A stretch of DNA of 34,271 nt from a virus (IMGVR_UViG_2734482775_000003:1-34271), one strand, 5' to 3'. Positions 8,708 through 17,627 are shown, counted from the stretch's first letter. Translations and numbers: made by a program. Notes: generated by a model from the letters alone, not told the origin.

Positions 8708-9667
8708 ATGAAAATTTGTATCGACGACGGCTCCACCAACATCAAGCTGGCATGGACTGAGAACGGCGAACGCCGCAACGCCATCAGCCCGAACAGCTTC
8801 AAGTCGGAATGGTCTGCGCCGTTCTGTGGCACGCAGCCCGCGAACTATATGCTTGATGGCGTGCGCTATGGTTTTGATCCGGTCAGCGATCGCTTTGTCC
8901 AGACGACCGACACGCAATACCAGTACAGCGATGTGAATGTCATTGCCATTCATCACGCGCTGGTCAAATCAGGCATCACGCCACAGGAGGTGGATGTGGT
9001 TGTCACCCTGCCACTGAGCGAGTATTTCGACACAAACGCACAGCCGGACATGACCAACATCAACCGCAAAAAAGCGAACGTTATGCGCCCGGTGGAGTAC
9101 CAGAACGGCGAAGCATTCACTATCCGTAACGTACGGGTTATGCCTGAATCCATTCCGGCTGGCTTTAAGGCACTGGCTGACATGAGTCCGTTTGAATCCC
9201 TGCTGATTGTGGATTTGGGCGGAACCACGCTGGATGTGGCAAAGGTTCAGGGGCAACTGGCAGGTATCAGCCAGATGTTTTGCGATCCACACGTAGGCGT
9301 TTCTCTGATGGCCGATGCCGTACTGTCGGTGATGGCCACTAACGGTATGCGCACCAGTCACCACATCGCCAATACCATTATCGAACATCGCCATGATGAA
9401 GCCTGGCTGCGCCAGCACATCCACAATGACGCGCATTACGCCAGCCTGATGGCGGTTATTCGTGAAAAGGAAGAAACACTGAAACAACGCGTGATCCGCG
9501 CGCTGGCGGGTTTTTCGGGTTACGGGCGGGTGATGGTTGTCGGTGGCGGGGCGGAGATTGTGGCACCCGCTATCCGCGAAGCCTGCGGAGTTAATGCGAC
9601 TTTCATCGCGGACGGGGTGCCACAGTTTGCTCTGGTTAATGGGCTGTACGCAATGGACAAGGAGTAA
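8708..9667 (+). CDS. parM: ParM/StbA-family actin-like segregation ATPase
   Basis: N-terminus MKICIDDGSTNIKLAW, plus YSDVNVIAIHHAL, VMPESIPAGF, LLIVDLGGTTLDV and GYGRVMVVGGGAE, all closely matching plasmid R1 ParM motifs as recalled. Confidence 0.85.
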   Translation: MKICIDDGSTNIKLAWTENGERRNAISPNSFKSEWSAPFCGTQPANYMLDGVRYGFDPVSDRFVQTTDTQYQYSDVNVIAIHHALVKSGITPQEVDVVVTLPLSEYFDTNAQPDMTNINRKKANVMRPVEYQNGEAFTIRNVRVMPESIPAGFKALADMSPFESLLIVDLGGTTLDVAKVQGQLAGISQMFCDPHVGVSLMADAVLSVMATNGMRTSHHIANTIIEHRHDEAWLRQHIHNDAHYASLMAVIREKEETLKQRVIRALAGFSGYGRVMVVGGGAEIVAPAIREACGVNATFIADGVPQFALVNGLYAMDKE

Positions 9668-9671
9668 ACCA

Positions 9672-9986
9672 ATGACGACACCAACCAGACGGATAAGTTT
9701 CTATCTGAAGCCAGTCGCCGTCAATAGTGAACGGGAGGCGTGTAATTACCTCGACAGCCTGCCAGCCTCTGAACGCAGCCGCGCGCAACGCGCGGCCTTT
9801 CTGGCCGGGCTGGCACTCATAAAACGCGATCCTGCATTTGCCTATTGGTTGGCCGAATGGCCGGAAGAAGGAGCTGCGCCAGCCAAGAATAATATTCAGA
9901 GTAAATATGCCAGCGCACCTGCCACCGGAAGCAATCACAGCACTAGCGAGATAAGAAAGAACATTCAGTCATTTTTCCCAGAGTGA
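9672..9986 (+). CDS. parR: ParR/StbB-family centromere-binding adaptor
   Basis: N-terminal region RRISFYLKPV...DSLPASERSRAQRAAFLAGLAL parallels R1 ParR (DSIPQGERSRLNRAALTAGLAL); AAGGAG RBS; directly follows parM as in par operons. Confidence 0.75.
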   Translation: MTTPTRRISFYLKPVAVNSEREACNYLDSLPASERSRAQRAAFLAGLALIKRDPAFAYWLAEWPEEGAAPAKNNIQSKYASAPATGSNHSTSEIRKNIQSFFPE

Positions 9987-10005
9987 AAACAGGAGAGGAG
10001 CATCT

Positions 10006-10437
10006 ATGGCAACTATCCCCAAAAAATGGTTACAACGCAAAATTGCAGACCTTGAATCGTGTCGTGAAGACATCCCGTTTGGCCTTGATGAAAACGATCA
10101 CAATATGTTAATCGCACTGAAAATCGCACTCACATCGCTGGAAGCGAAACCTGTTGCATGGACTGATGATGAGGAACTGCGTGATGTCAAGCAGTATGGT
10201 TTCGGTGAGATATTTCAGTGTCCGCCAGATAAATACGCGGACCCGCGACGTGTTATCCCTATGTATCGAGAGCCGCCAGCGCCAGCAGTACCAGATGGAC
10301 TGGTTAGAGCGGTGCGTTTCTATGAACAGGTAAAGCGTGAGAATCCGCCAGTCGAAACTGGAGTATGGAAAGACGCTATTGACTGGGTGACCAAAGAGGC
10401 TTGCCAAGCTGTAGACATTGGCATCAAAGGAGAGTGA
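10006..10437 (+). CDS. Hypothetical protein, co-operonic with parMR
   Basis: Strong RBS AGGAGAGGAG before the ATG; 143 aa; no motif recognised. Confidence 0.55.
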   Translation: MATIPKKWLQRKIADLESCREDIPFGLDENDHNMLIALKIALTSLEAKPVAWTDDEELRDVKQYGFGEIFQCPPDKYADPRRVIPMYREPPAPAVPDGLVRAVRFYEQVKRENPPVETGVWKDAIDWVTKEACQAVDIGIKGE

Positions 10438-10438
10438 T

Positions 10439-10702
10439 ATGGCAACTTTGACAAAAAAAGAACAAGCATGGTTGAGCGAATTACAGGACGTTCTTGATCG
10501 CTGTCCATCACCGAAAAAAATTGGTTTTTACACCATTGGCGATAAAAACATTTACCTGTATGACCTACGCCGCATGGATGAAATCATGGAGGCTCTTGAT
10601 AATCGTTCGTCAATGGATTGGTGTGTTGCTGTCCATGATATGAATGCAGGGTTTGATGAAAAGATTTTGTTCCCCTCATCAGTTGAAAGCACAGCAGGAT
10701 AA
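10439..10702 (+). CDS. Hypothetical protein, co-operonic with parMR
   Basis: ATG 1 bp after the upstream stop; 87 aa; followed by a terminator. Confidence 0.5.
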   Translation: MATLTKKEQAWLSELQDVLDRCPSPKKIGFYTIGDKNIYLYDLRRMDEIMEALDNRSSMDWCVAVHDMNAGFDEKILFPSSVESTAG

Positions 10703-10736
10703 GGACCCAGCCAATATACACAACCTATAAAACACT

Positions 10737-10763
10737 AAAGCGCCTCAGGGGCGCTTTTTGTTT
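10737..10763 (+). terminator. Intrinsic terminator closing the parMR-orf143-orf87 operon
   Basis: Hairpin GCGCC-tcagg-GGCGC followed by TTTTTGTTT. Confidence 0.7.
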
Positions 10764-10789
10764 GCACAAAAGTGCACAAATTTGCACAA
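10763..10789. repeat. Three direct TGCACAA repeats at 10-bp phasing
   Basis: tTTGCACAAaaGTGCACAAatTTGCACAAttttttt; helical-turn spacing suggests an array of protein-binding sites. Confidence 0.5.
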
Positions 10790-11288
10790 TTTTTTTGAAC
10801 GACTTTTTACCCTTCCGGCCCGCATGGCGGCTGGATCCGTCAAGGATCCGTGCGTGCACAAAAAAACGCGCTTTTTCTGCGCGCAGGTGACGGGGGAACA
10901 GCCCGCGTTTCAGGGGGTAAACAGCATTCCCTGAACGATGTCGCAGCGACACAACGGAATGGCTGTCTTTCTCTCGCTGAGCGTGAAAAATACGTGAGGG
11001 CTTTTGATTTGATGGGGTGACTGATAAGGCCGTCAAAATCGCACTGAGGCGACGAGAACATGCAGTCAGCACGGCGGGATTGCGTAAGAGCCTGACCGTC
11101 GATGATGACAATAAGCTGGAAGGCGTCGTGAAATTATCTGATTGATACAGGAGCTGGAGAGTCGGGGCATAAATTTTTTATGCCCCGGCGAAGCAGCAGA
11201 CAAGCGAAGCGCGTCAGCGATACGGCACCTTGCCGACCATACTTCATAAGTGCAAAATACGAGCAAAGAAATCAATGGAGGCTGTCTT

Positions 11289-11813
11289 ATGGTCATTAAT
11301 TACAAGCAGTTAAGAGAAAAACGGGAGCAGGTAAAGGAGAGCTTTCGCCGCAATGAAGATCTGACCCCGCTTGTACGCCTTGCCCAGGGCATTGTTGATG
11401 CTTATGAAATCTCGCTGGAGCTGCCATCACAGACCTGGACAGATAGCGACGGTAATCGCCAGCATTACGTTTCATGTGGACTGGAAGCAGCCGAAGGATT
11501 TCGCAGAATGCCTTTATCCCAGATCCCTGCCGCTACCCCCAAAGCACGAGGCAGCAATGATGAGCGAAAACTGACTTTTAGTATTGAAACGGTGGTTGAC
11601 GACACACCTGGCGAAGTCGCGTTCGTACACACTCCTGTTTCGATCGCAATGTATAACGATGAAATACAGGTTCGCGTTAATAATAATATCGTGCCACTTA
11701 AAGAAGGTAATTCACCCTACACCACCGTTTGTGAAGCCATTCAATATTACGTTCTCTCTGAAATTGATAATCTCAAGCCTGACGGCACCCAGAAAATGGT
11801 TCAACTCTGGTAA
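11289..11813 (+). CDS. Hypothetical protein (about 174 aa), orphan accessory gene between hotspot and portal
   Basis: ATG at 11289 in frame with track ORF 11250..11813; followed by a strong terminator; no motif recognised. Confidence 0.5.
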   Translation: MVINYKQLREKREQVKESFRRNEDLTPLVRLAQGIVDAYEISLELPSQTWTDSDGNRQHYVSCGLEAAEGFRRMPLSQIPAATPKARGSNDERKLTFSIETVVDDTPGEVAFVHTPVSIAMYNDEIQVRVNNNIVPLKEGNSPYTTVCEAIQYYVLSEIDNLKPDGTQKMVQLW

Positions 11814-11845
11814 AAAGGACAGCCCCATCACGGGGCTGTTTTTTC
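11813..11845. terminator. Bidirectional intrinsic terminator between orf175 and portal Q
   Basis: A-run, hairpin ACAGCCCC-atca-GGGGCTGT, T6 run; overlaps the Q 3' end. Confidence 0.7.
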
Positions 11846-12874
11846 ATCAAGAAGAGCATAAGAGTTAAAACGGATCACCTCTTCGCCAAGCCAGTCATTG
11901 ATGTGCTTCATAGCCTCCATGACGGGCATCAGCTCGTTAATTGCGTAAACCCGCGCGGCCTTCTCCACATCACCAAACGCACTTTTTTCGCCCGGCATCG
12001 CCCCCATCAGTTGCGGCGGAACGCGGTGCGCAGCCAGCACATCATCACGGGATGCCGCCTTAACATTCATGAACTCATCTTTTGCGGTGATCTGCTGGAA
12101 CGGCAAAATTTGCACCCCCTCTTTGCCCCCGTTGGGCGCATGAATGAGCACGTTTTTAAACGCACCACCACCACGTGCCCCCTGTAGCGTTTCTTTCAGG
12201 GAGTCCATGCTTTCGCGGTTTACCTGCGCTGCACCGATGTAGATGATGCACCCGGCGTGGGATCCGTTGTCGTAGTACAGTTTTCTGAACATGTCCGCCG
12301 AATGAGACAGGCTGGCCGAGAGTAATGCGCCAAGATATTCCGGCATGCCGTAGATTTCCTGGTTAATGTCCGGATTCATCAGGTGGCACACTTTGCCAGG
12401 GCGAAACTGGAACGCGTCCTTGCCATCATGCACATACCACCATGATTCAAGATCGCTTCCGCGTCGCATGTATTTCGCCAGGGCGTGCCGTAATTTAAGT
12501 GGTTCGCCGAGCATATTGCTTCGAAGCTCAAGGAATGCGTTACCGAACACAAACCAGTCCAGCGCCAGCGCCGAGAAATCCTGCCGGGAAAGCAGCGGGT
12601 GCGGGATGTAGCAACCGAGTAATACATTGCGCTTAAAGTAAAGCGCAGACTGATGCCAGGACGTTTGCCGGGCAGCTCTTGCCAGACCGTACCAGTCCAC
12701 CGGGGTTTCATACCACCGCCCGTTATCAGCACAGTACATATTGTCCAGCAGGTCATGCCCGGTCAGGCGATAAGGACCATCAAATGTGAATGCACTGAGC
12801 GATGATTCTTTCCTGAGCGCATCAGCGAGATCAATGCGTGAACTCATGCGCACTTTTTTATTTTTTCTGCTCAT
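11828..12874 (-). CDS. Q: Portal (capsid vertex) protein, P2 gpQ family
   Basis: 348 aa; position and orientation (leftward, adjacent to terminase ATPase) as in P2; recognised by overall similarity to P2 gpQ. Confidence 0.85.
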   Translation of the reverse strand: MSRKNKKVRMSSRIDLADALRKESSLSAFTFDGPYRLTGHDLLDNMYCADNGRWYETPVDWYGLARAARQTSWHQSALYFKRNVLLGCYIPHPLLSRQDFSALALDWFVFGNAFLELRSNMLGEPLKLRHALAKYMRRGSDLESWWYVHDGKDAFQFRPGKVCHLMNPDINQEIYGMPEYLGALLSASLSHSADMFRKLYYDNGSHAGCIIYIGAAQVNRESMDSLKETLQGARGGGAFKNVLIHAPNGGKEGVQILPFQQITAKDEFMNVKAASRDDVLAAHRVPPQLMGAMPGEKSAFGDVEKAARVYAINELMPVMEAMKHINDWLGEEVIRFNSYALLDEKTAP

Positions 12875-14625
12875 CAGAACTCCATAACCGTGAAACGCTC
12901 GTTTTCTCCTTCGCCGCCAATCGGTTCGTTAATGACAGCAAGCATGGTTGCCCACGCAAGGTCGCCGTGGCTGATCCCCCTCGCGCGGTCCGTTTCGTAA
13001 GTGATAAAGCCGCCCGGTGTTTTCACCTTACGCACGGCGTTAAAGGCCGCGACCAGCTCGCGTTCGGCGCGATCGTATTCCCACCGCCCGGCACGCATTA
13101 TTTGCAGCATTTTCAGTACCAGCGACCGTTTTGATGACAGCGTGAAGGTGTACGGAATAGCAGCAGGGAAAAACCGTTTCACTATCTGATAAACAGCCTC
13201 CCCGTTCCCGCCCGTCACATCAATGCCGATGTGTTCCACGTTGTAGCGATACGTGAACTCTTCAATGACTCTGGCCTGTTCTTCAAACTCCAGCCCCTGA
13301 ACGCGTCGCGTCTCCACCGTTCGAAAACGGCCACCAGGAACAGCCGGAGGAACCACCACGGACACAGCGCCGCTGTCGCCGTTGCCGCTGCTGCCGTTTG
13401 CGTCATACCCAATCCATACCGGACGATTCCCCATCGGGCGGGGAGCAAAAGGTTTCCAGTCTTTCCAGTCGTCGTACCCGTCAACGCCGCAGCCAATCAG
13501 GATATTCAGGTTAAATGCCGATTCCCCTTCGCGGACAAACTCACACATATAGAGATTGAGAAACTCGTCTTCGGTGTTTTCATCACGAATTTCGTCGATA
13601 TCGGTGTGTTTCCAGCCGTGATTAACCACATCTTCCAGCGTGACAATTTGCCGCCACGTCCGGTCAGGACAGATAAGCCCGTTATGCAGCGTTTTCCAGT
13701 CCACAGAAAAACGCTGGCGTTTATGCGTGGCCTTTTTCTCATTCCAGCGGTCGCCGTTCCAGTAGGCGTATGCCTCGTGCGTTTCGGTGGATGGCGTGGA
13801 GAAGTAGGTGCGCCGCAGTCCGCTGAGGGTTGCCATCGCGCCAGCCACCTTGCGCAGTTCAGCAAAGCGACTGACCCAGAAAAATTCATCAAAATAAAAA
13901 TTGCCCGTATAGGACTGTGCCGACGCAGCAGAAGTGCCGAGAAAATGCAGCTCTGCGCCGTTTGAGAGGATGATTTTATCGCCCCCTTTCAGCTCCACAT
14001 CAACTTCAGCCGCGGCCTTCTGAATAATGCTTTTAAACTGGAACGCCTGACGACGCGACGCAGACAAAAAAATCTGGTTACGCTGGTAAGGTTGCGCCAC
14101 ATCGTCACGCAGCGCCATCAGCAGTGCTTCCTGTGCAAAATACCAGGTCGCCCCAATCTGTCGGGATTTCAGGATCATCCTGTTACGTATCCCGGCTTCC
14201 CTGCAAAGGGTAAGGGAGTCAAACCAGCCACGCTGATGCCACTCCAGCCTGCTGATGATTTTTTCCCGCAGTGCGGCAATCTGTTCCGGCGTGAAATGAT
14301 TTTTGAGTTTTTTCGCCCGGCCTTTCTTTCCTGCGGCCATCACATCCGGCTGGCCATCATGCAGCTTTTTAAGCTGCCGGGTCAGCAGGTCTATTTCCTT
14401 AAAGTCACCGCCTGTTTTATTCTGTTTTTCAGTAAGCTGGATGAGGCGCGCATCGATGGACTGCGTGACACGCTGCACGGGTGGCGTTTCATCCCACTGG
14501 TCACGTTTTTTCCACGCATAAATCGTGTTCGGGTTTATTCCCATCAGACGTGATATTTCTGCGGGCGGATAACCCTGCCAGTAAAGTTGCCGCGCACGCT
14601 GGCGCACAAAAGCGTCCTGAATCAT
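12874..14625 (-). CDS. P: Terminase large (ATPase) subunit, P2 gpP family
   Basis: 583 aa, overlaps the Q start; divergent from the O-N-M capsid operon as in P2. Confidence 0.9.
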   Translation of the reverse strand: MIQDAFVRQRARQLYWQGYPPAEISRLMGINPNTIYAWKKRDQWDETPPVQRVTQSIDARLIQLTEKQNKTGGDFKEIDLLTRQLKKLHDGQPDVMAAGKKGRAKKLKNHFTPEQIAALREKIISRLEWHQRGWFDSLTLCREAGIRNRMILKSRQIGATWYFAQEALLMALRDDVAQPYQRNQIFLSASRRQAFQFKSIIQKAAAEVDVELKGGDKIILSNGAELHFLGTSAASAQSYTGNFYFDEFFWVSRFAELRKVAGAMATLSGLRRTYFSTPSTETHEAYAYWNGDRWNEKKATHKRQRFSVDWKTLHNGLICPDRTWRQIVTLEDVVNHGWKHTDIDEIRDENTEDEFLNLYMCEFVREGESAFNLNILIGCGVDGYDDWKDWKPFAPRPMGNRPVWIGYDANGSSGNGDSGAVSVVVPPAVPGGRFRTVETRRVQGLEFEEQARVIEEFTYRYNVEHIGIDVTGGNGEAVYQIVKRFFPAAIPYTFTLSSKRSLVLKMLQIMRAGRWEYDRAERELVAAFNAVRKVKTPGGFITYETDRARGISHGDLAWATMLAVINEPIGGEGENERFTVMEF

Positions 14626-14779
14626 TGCTCCCCCTGAGTAATTACAGGAAGATTACCCGCGCGCGAAACTGTTCTCCTTAACCCCCTGTTCTGGCCGTTT
14701 TCTTACAACAAAAGCCCTTTGTATCAGCCTGTTACGCTTTGCCATCATGACTGAAGAACCAGTCAGAGGGGCAAAAACT

Positions 14780-15616
14780 ATGGCTAATGAAAAAAAGACA
14801 TCCCGCAAAAAGTTTCGCGTGGCTGTCTCCGGATCAACTGTTGATGGCCGTGAAATCAGTCCGGTGCATCTGCGTGAAGCCGCCGAGAACTTCAACCCGG
14901 ATGTTTACGCTGCCCGCGTGAACGTTGAGCACTATCTCTCGCCATGCCCGTCAAGCGAATTTTCCGCAATGGGCGATGTCACCGCACTGAGTACGGAAGA
15001 CATTACGGAAGGTCCGCTGGCCGGACGTACTGCGCTGTATGCAGAAATCGAACCGACCGAGCGCATGAAGCAGCTTGTCGCGGACGGCAAGAAAATCTAT
15101 TCCAGTATCGAACTGCACCCGCAGTTCTCCGTTAACGGGCGCGCCTATCTGGTCGGGCTGGCGATGACCGACACCCCGGCAAGCCTGGGCACTGAGCGCC
15201 TGAAATTCACGGCACAGCAACGTCAGGCGGTAATGACGTTCAACAGTGTCCAGGGTGAAGCGCCGCTTATCTCCGAAGCCATCGAGTCTGAAATCATCGA
15301 AATGGCAGAACAACGCCAGGAAGAAGGCACCCAGTGGTTTAACCGCGTAATGGGGATTATTGGCCGTGGCCGCAAAGCGGATGACGCCAGTTTTTCCCGT
15401 ATTCAGGAAGCGGTGGAAGGCGTCGCAACGTCACAGGCCGACATTATCGACCGTTTTAATGTGCTGGAAACCCGCCATCAGCAGGACCGCCAGAAAATTA
15501 CGTCACTGACCACAGAGCTGGCAGCACTGAAGGAAAAACTGCGCACGCAGGACGGCGATCCGCAGAACCGGTTCACCGCAACGGGCGCAGCCTCCGACCA
15601 GCTGGCTGACTTCTGA
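14780..15616 (+). CDS. O: Capsid scaffolding protein, P2 gpO family
   Basis: Start MANEKKTSRKKFRVAVSGSTVDGREISPVHL parallels the P2 gpO N-terminus; ATG at 14780 chosen over the track's upstream start. Confidence 0.85.
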   Translation: MANEKKTSRKKFRVAVSGSTVDGREISPVHLREAAENFNPDVYAARVNVEHYLSPCPSSEFSAMGDVTALSTEDITEGPLAGRTALYAEIEPTERMKQLVADGKKIYSSIELHPQFSVNGRAYLVGLAMTDTPASLGTERLKFTAQQRQAVMTFNSVQGEAPLISEAIESEIIEMAEQRQEEGTQWFNRVMGIIGRGRKADDASFSRIQEAVEGVATSQADIIDRFNVLETRHQQDRQKITSLTTELAALKEKLRTQDGDPQNRFTATGAASDQLADF

Positions 15617-15639
15617 TAAGACAAAGGAGCAAATTTTTT

Positions 15640-16692
15640 ATGAATCTGGTGATGTCAGATATTACCCGCAACAAGCTGGGTTGCTATATGGCGCAGCAGG
15701 CGTCGCTTAATAATATCCCGGTTTCTGCGCTGGTATCGCGATTTACCGTTGAACCCTCGGTGCAGCAGCGTTTTGAAAACGCCTCAAAGGAAAGCACCGA
15801 ATTTACAAAAAGAATTAACGTGATCGGCGTGACCGACCAGAAAGGCGAAAAAATCCTCCCGGATACCACAGGACCGATTGCGCGCACGAATACCAGTTAT
15901 GACGGCACAAAACGCCGTAACCCGAATAACGTGGTTGATCTGAAAAACCGCAAATACCAGTGCGAACAGGTGAACTACGACACGTTTATTTCATATCCGC
16001 AGCTTGATGCCTGGGCGGCACATCCTGATTTTCAGTCCCGCATCAGCGCACAGATTGCCCGGCAGGTGGCGCTTGACCGCATCATGATCGGTTTCAACGG
16101 CACGTCTCACGCGGATGAATCCAACTTCAGCACCAACAAGCTGCTTCAGGACGTTAACGTGGGATGGCTGGAGCACATCAGAACCGACGCCAGCGAGCGC
16201 GTTATGAATGACGTGACGCTGACCTCCCGCAACATGGACAACACCGTGGCGCACGCGGGTAAGTATGCGAACGCTGATGCACTGGTACAGGACGCGCGTT
16301 CATCCCTGCTGGATGAATGGCACAAGGAAGCTGACGACCTCGTGGTGATTATGGGGCGCAACCTGTTTAACTCGCTGCGTCTGCCCGTGCTGAACAGCAT
16401 CAGCGGCCAGAATCCCAATGCGGAATTACTTGCCGGGCAGCTCATCCTGTCATCGCGCACCATTGGCGGGCTGGGCGTGTTCCTTGCGCCGTTCTTCCCG
16501 GATGCAACGATGCTGATCACCTCGTTCAACAACCTGTCGATTTACTGGCAAAAAGGTTCAATGCGTCGTCTGATGAAAGACGAACCGGAATACAACCGCA
16601 TCGCCACCTATCAGTCCATCAATGACGCTTATGTCGTTGAAGACTATGGCAAGTGCGCGATGGTCACTGGCCTGAAGTTCGCCGACAGCTAA
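15640..16692 (+). CDS. N: Major capsid protein, P2 gpN family
   Basis: 350 aa; conserved blocks FTVEPSV, IMIGFNG, LLQDVNVGWL, DLVVIMGR, YVVEDY that I recall from P2 gpN. Confidence 0.9.
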   Translation: MNLVMSDITRNKLGCYMAQQASLNNIPVSALVSRFTVEPSVQQRFENASKESTEFTKRINVIGVTDQKGEKILPDTTGPIARTNTSYDGTKRRNPNNVVDLKNRKYQCEQVNYDTFISYPQLDAWAAHPDFQSRISAQIARQVALDRIMIGFNGTSHADESNFSTNKLLQDVNVGWLEHIRTDASERVMNDVTLTSRNMDNTVAHAGKYANADALVQDARSSLLDEWHKEADDLVVIMGRNLFNSLRLPVLNSISGQNPNAELLAGQLILSSRTIGGLGVFLAPFFPDATMLITSFNNLSIYWQKGSMRRLMKDEPEYNRIATYQSINDAYVVEDYGKCAMVTGLKFADS

Positions 16693-16701
16693 TCAACTCA
16701 C

Positions 16702-16720
16702 GGCGGGCATCATGCCCGCC
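16702..16720 (+). other. Perfect hairpin between N and M (no T-run)
   Basis: GGCGGGCAT-c-ATGCCCGCC; candidate mRNA stability or processing element. Confidence 0.4.
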
Positions 16721-16737
16721 TGTAACGGAGAGAAAAA

Positions 16738-17538
16738 ATGATTACTCCTGCACAGCAACACTGGCAGAACGTGATGGCACAGCGCGCAGGCCGGGCGAAT
16801 GAAGGCGTGGACCACGCCGCGCGTACCGCGCATGAAGAGGTGCTGTATCGTCTGCGTCTGGCACAGGCCCGGCTTAAGGGCGTACAGGCCAGAAGCGCGA
16901 AAGCCGCCATCAAAAAAGAGTTGTTGCCGGACTTTTCCGGCTGGATTGAGGGAACGCTGGAGGCTGACGGTGGGCAGCAGGATGAAGTGATTGCCACGCT
17001 GATGGTGTGGGCGATTGACTGCGGCGATCTTCCGCTGGCGTTGCGTATTGGTGCGTATGTGGTCCGTCATAACCTCATTATGCCGGATAACTTTGGCCGT
17101 ACTGCTGCCACAGTGCTGACCGAAGAAATCTGCAACCCGGTACTGACGCAGGCCGGGGCGGATGTCGACGCGGATTTGTCCGCCTTTATCGAACCACTGG
17201 ACACCCTCCGGAAGATTGTCACCGACCAGGACATGCCGGACGAAGTACGCGCCAAATTATGCAAGGCGTGCGCCTTTGCCCGTCGTGGTCTGACCGATGC
17301 AGACAACATGGCCTTATCACTGAAGCTGCTGCGCGAAGCGATGCACCTGAACCCGAACGCAGGTGTGAAACGCGAGATTGCAACCCTTTCCCGCGCCCTG
17401 AAAAAAGCCGATTCCGCAGCCGAACCAGAAGACGCCAGCGCACAGCAGGCGCAGGACGAAAGCAGCAAAAGTAAAAAGACAACGCGGAAGCCTGCAACAC
17501 GAAAAACCACCGCGACGCAGAAGGCGAAGCGCGGTTAA
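16738..17538 (+). CDS. M: Terminase small (endonuclease) subunit, P2 gpM family
   Basis: 266 aa directly after the capsid gene; basic C-terminal tail. Confidence 0.85.
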   Translation: MITPAQQHWQNVMAQRAGRANEGVDHAARTAHEEVLYRLRLAQARLKGVQARSAKAAIKKELLPDFSGWIEGTLEADGGQQDEVIATLMVWAIDCGDLPLALRIGAYVVRHNLIMPDNFGRTAATVLTEEICNPVLTQAGADVDADLSAFIEPLDTLRKIVTDQDMPDEVRAKLCKACAFARRGLTDADNMALSLKLLREAMHLNPNAGVKREIATLSRALKKADSAAEPEDASAQQAQDESSKSKKTTRKPATRKTTATQKAKRG

Positions 17539-17553
17539 CGACTGACCCCGTCA

Positions 17554-17627
17554 GCGGGCGGCGTGCGCGGTGTTCCGGTTTGACTCCGTGACCGTTTACA
17601 CCGCGCACCCACCGCCCGATTTTTTTC
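17554..17627 (+). terminator. Long imperfect hairpin plus T-run between M and L (terminator or attenuator-like)
   Basis: GCGGGCGGCGTGCGCGGTGT ... ACACCGCGCACCCACCGCCCG followed by ATTTTTTT. Confidence 0.4.

Noticed and set aside
8708-9667. Actin/Hsp70-fold protein as part of a defence system rather than partition
   Set aside because: The similarity is specifically to plasmid ParM along its whole length and it is followed by a ParR-like gene, so the partition interpretation is favoured; a defence role is not excluded but has no sequence support.
11017-11142. Possible 41-codon GTG-initiated ORF in the hotspot non-coding stretch
   Set aside because: No convincing RBS and no ATG start; cannot be distinguished from chance.
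10764-11288. Retron (msr-msd) or type III toxin-antitoxin (ToxIN-like) RNA in the hotspot non-coding stretch
   Set aside because: No reverse transcriptase ORF anywhere in the window, and no tandem array of 30-40 nt repeats preceding orf175; only short 7-8 bp repeats are present.
12874-14625. Several 90-250 aa ORFs overlapping terminase P on both strands
   Set aside because: Shadow ORFs inside a strongly supported gene; no independent start signals.
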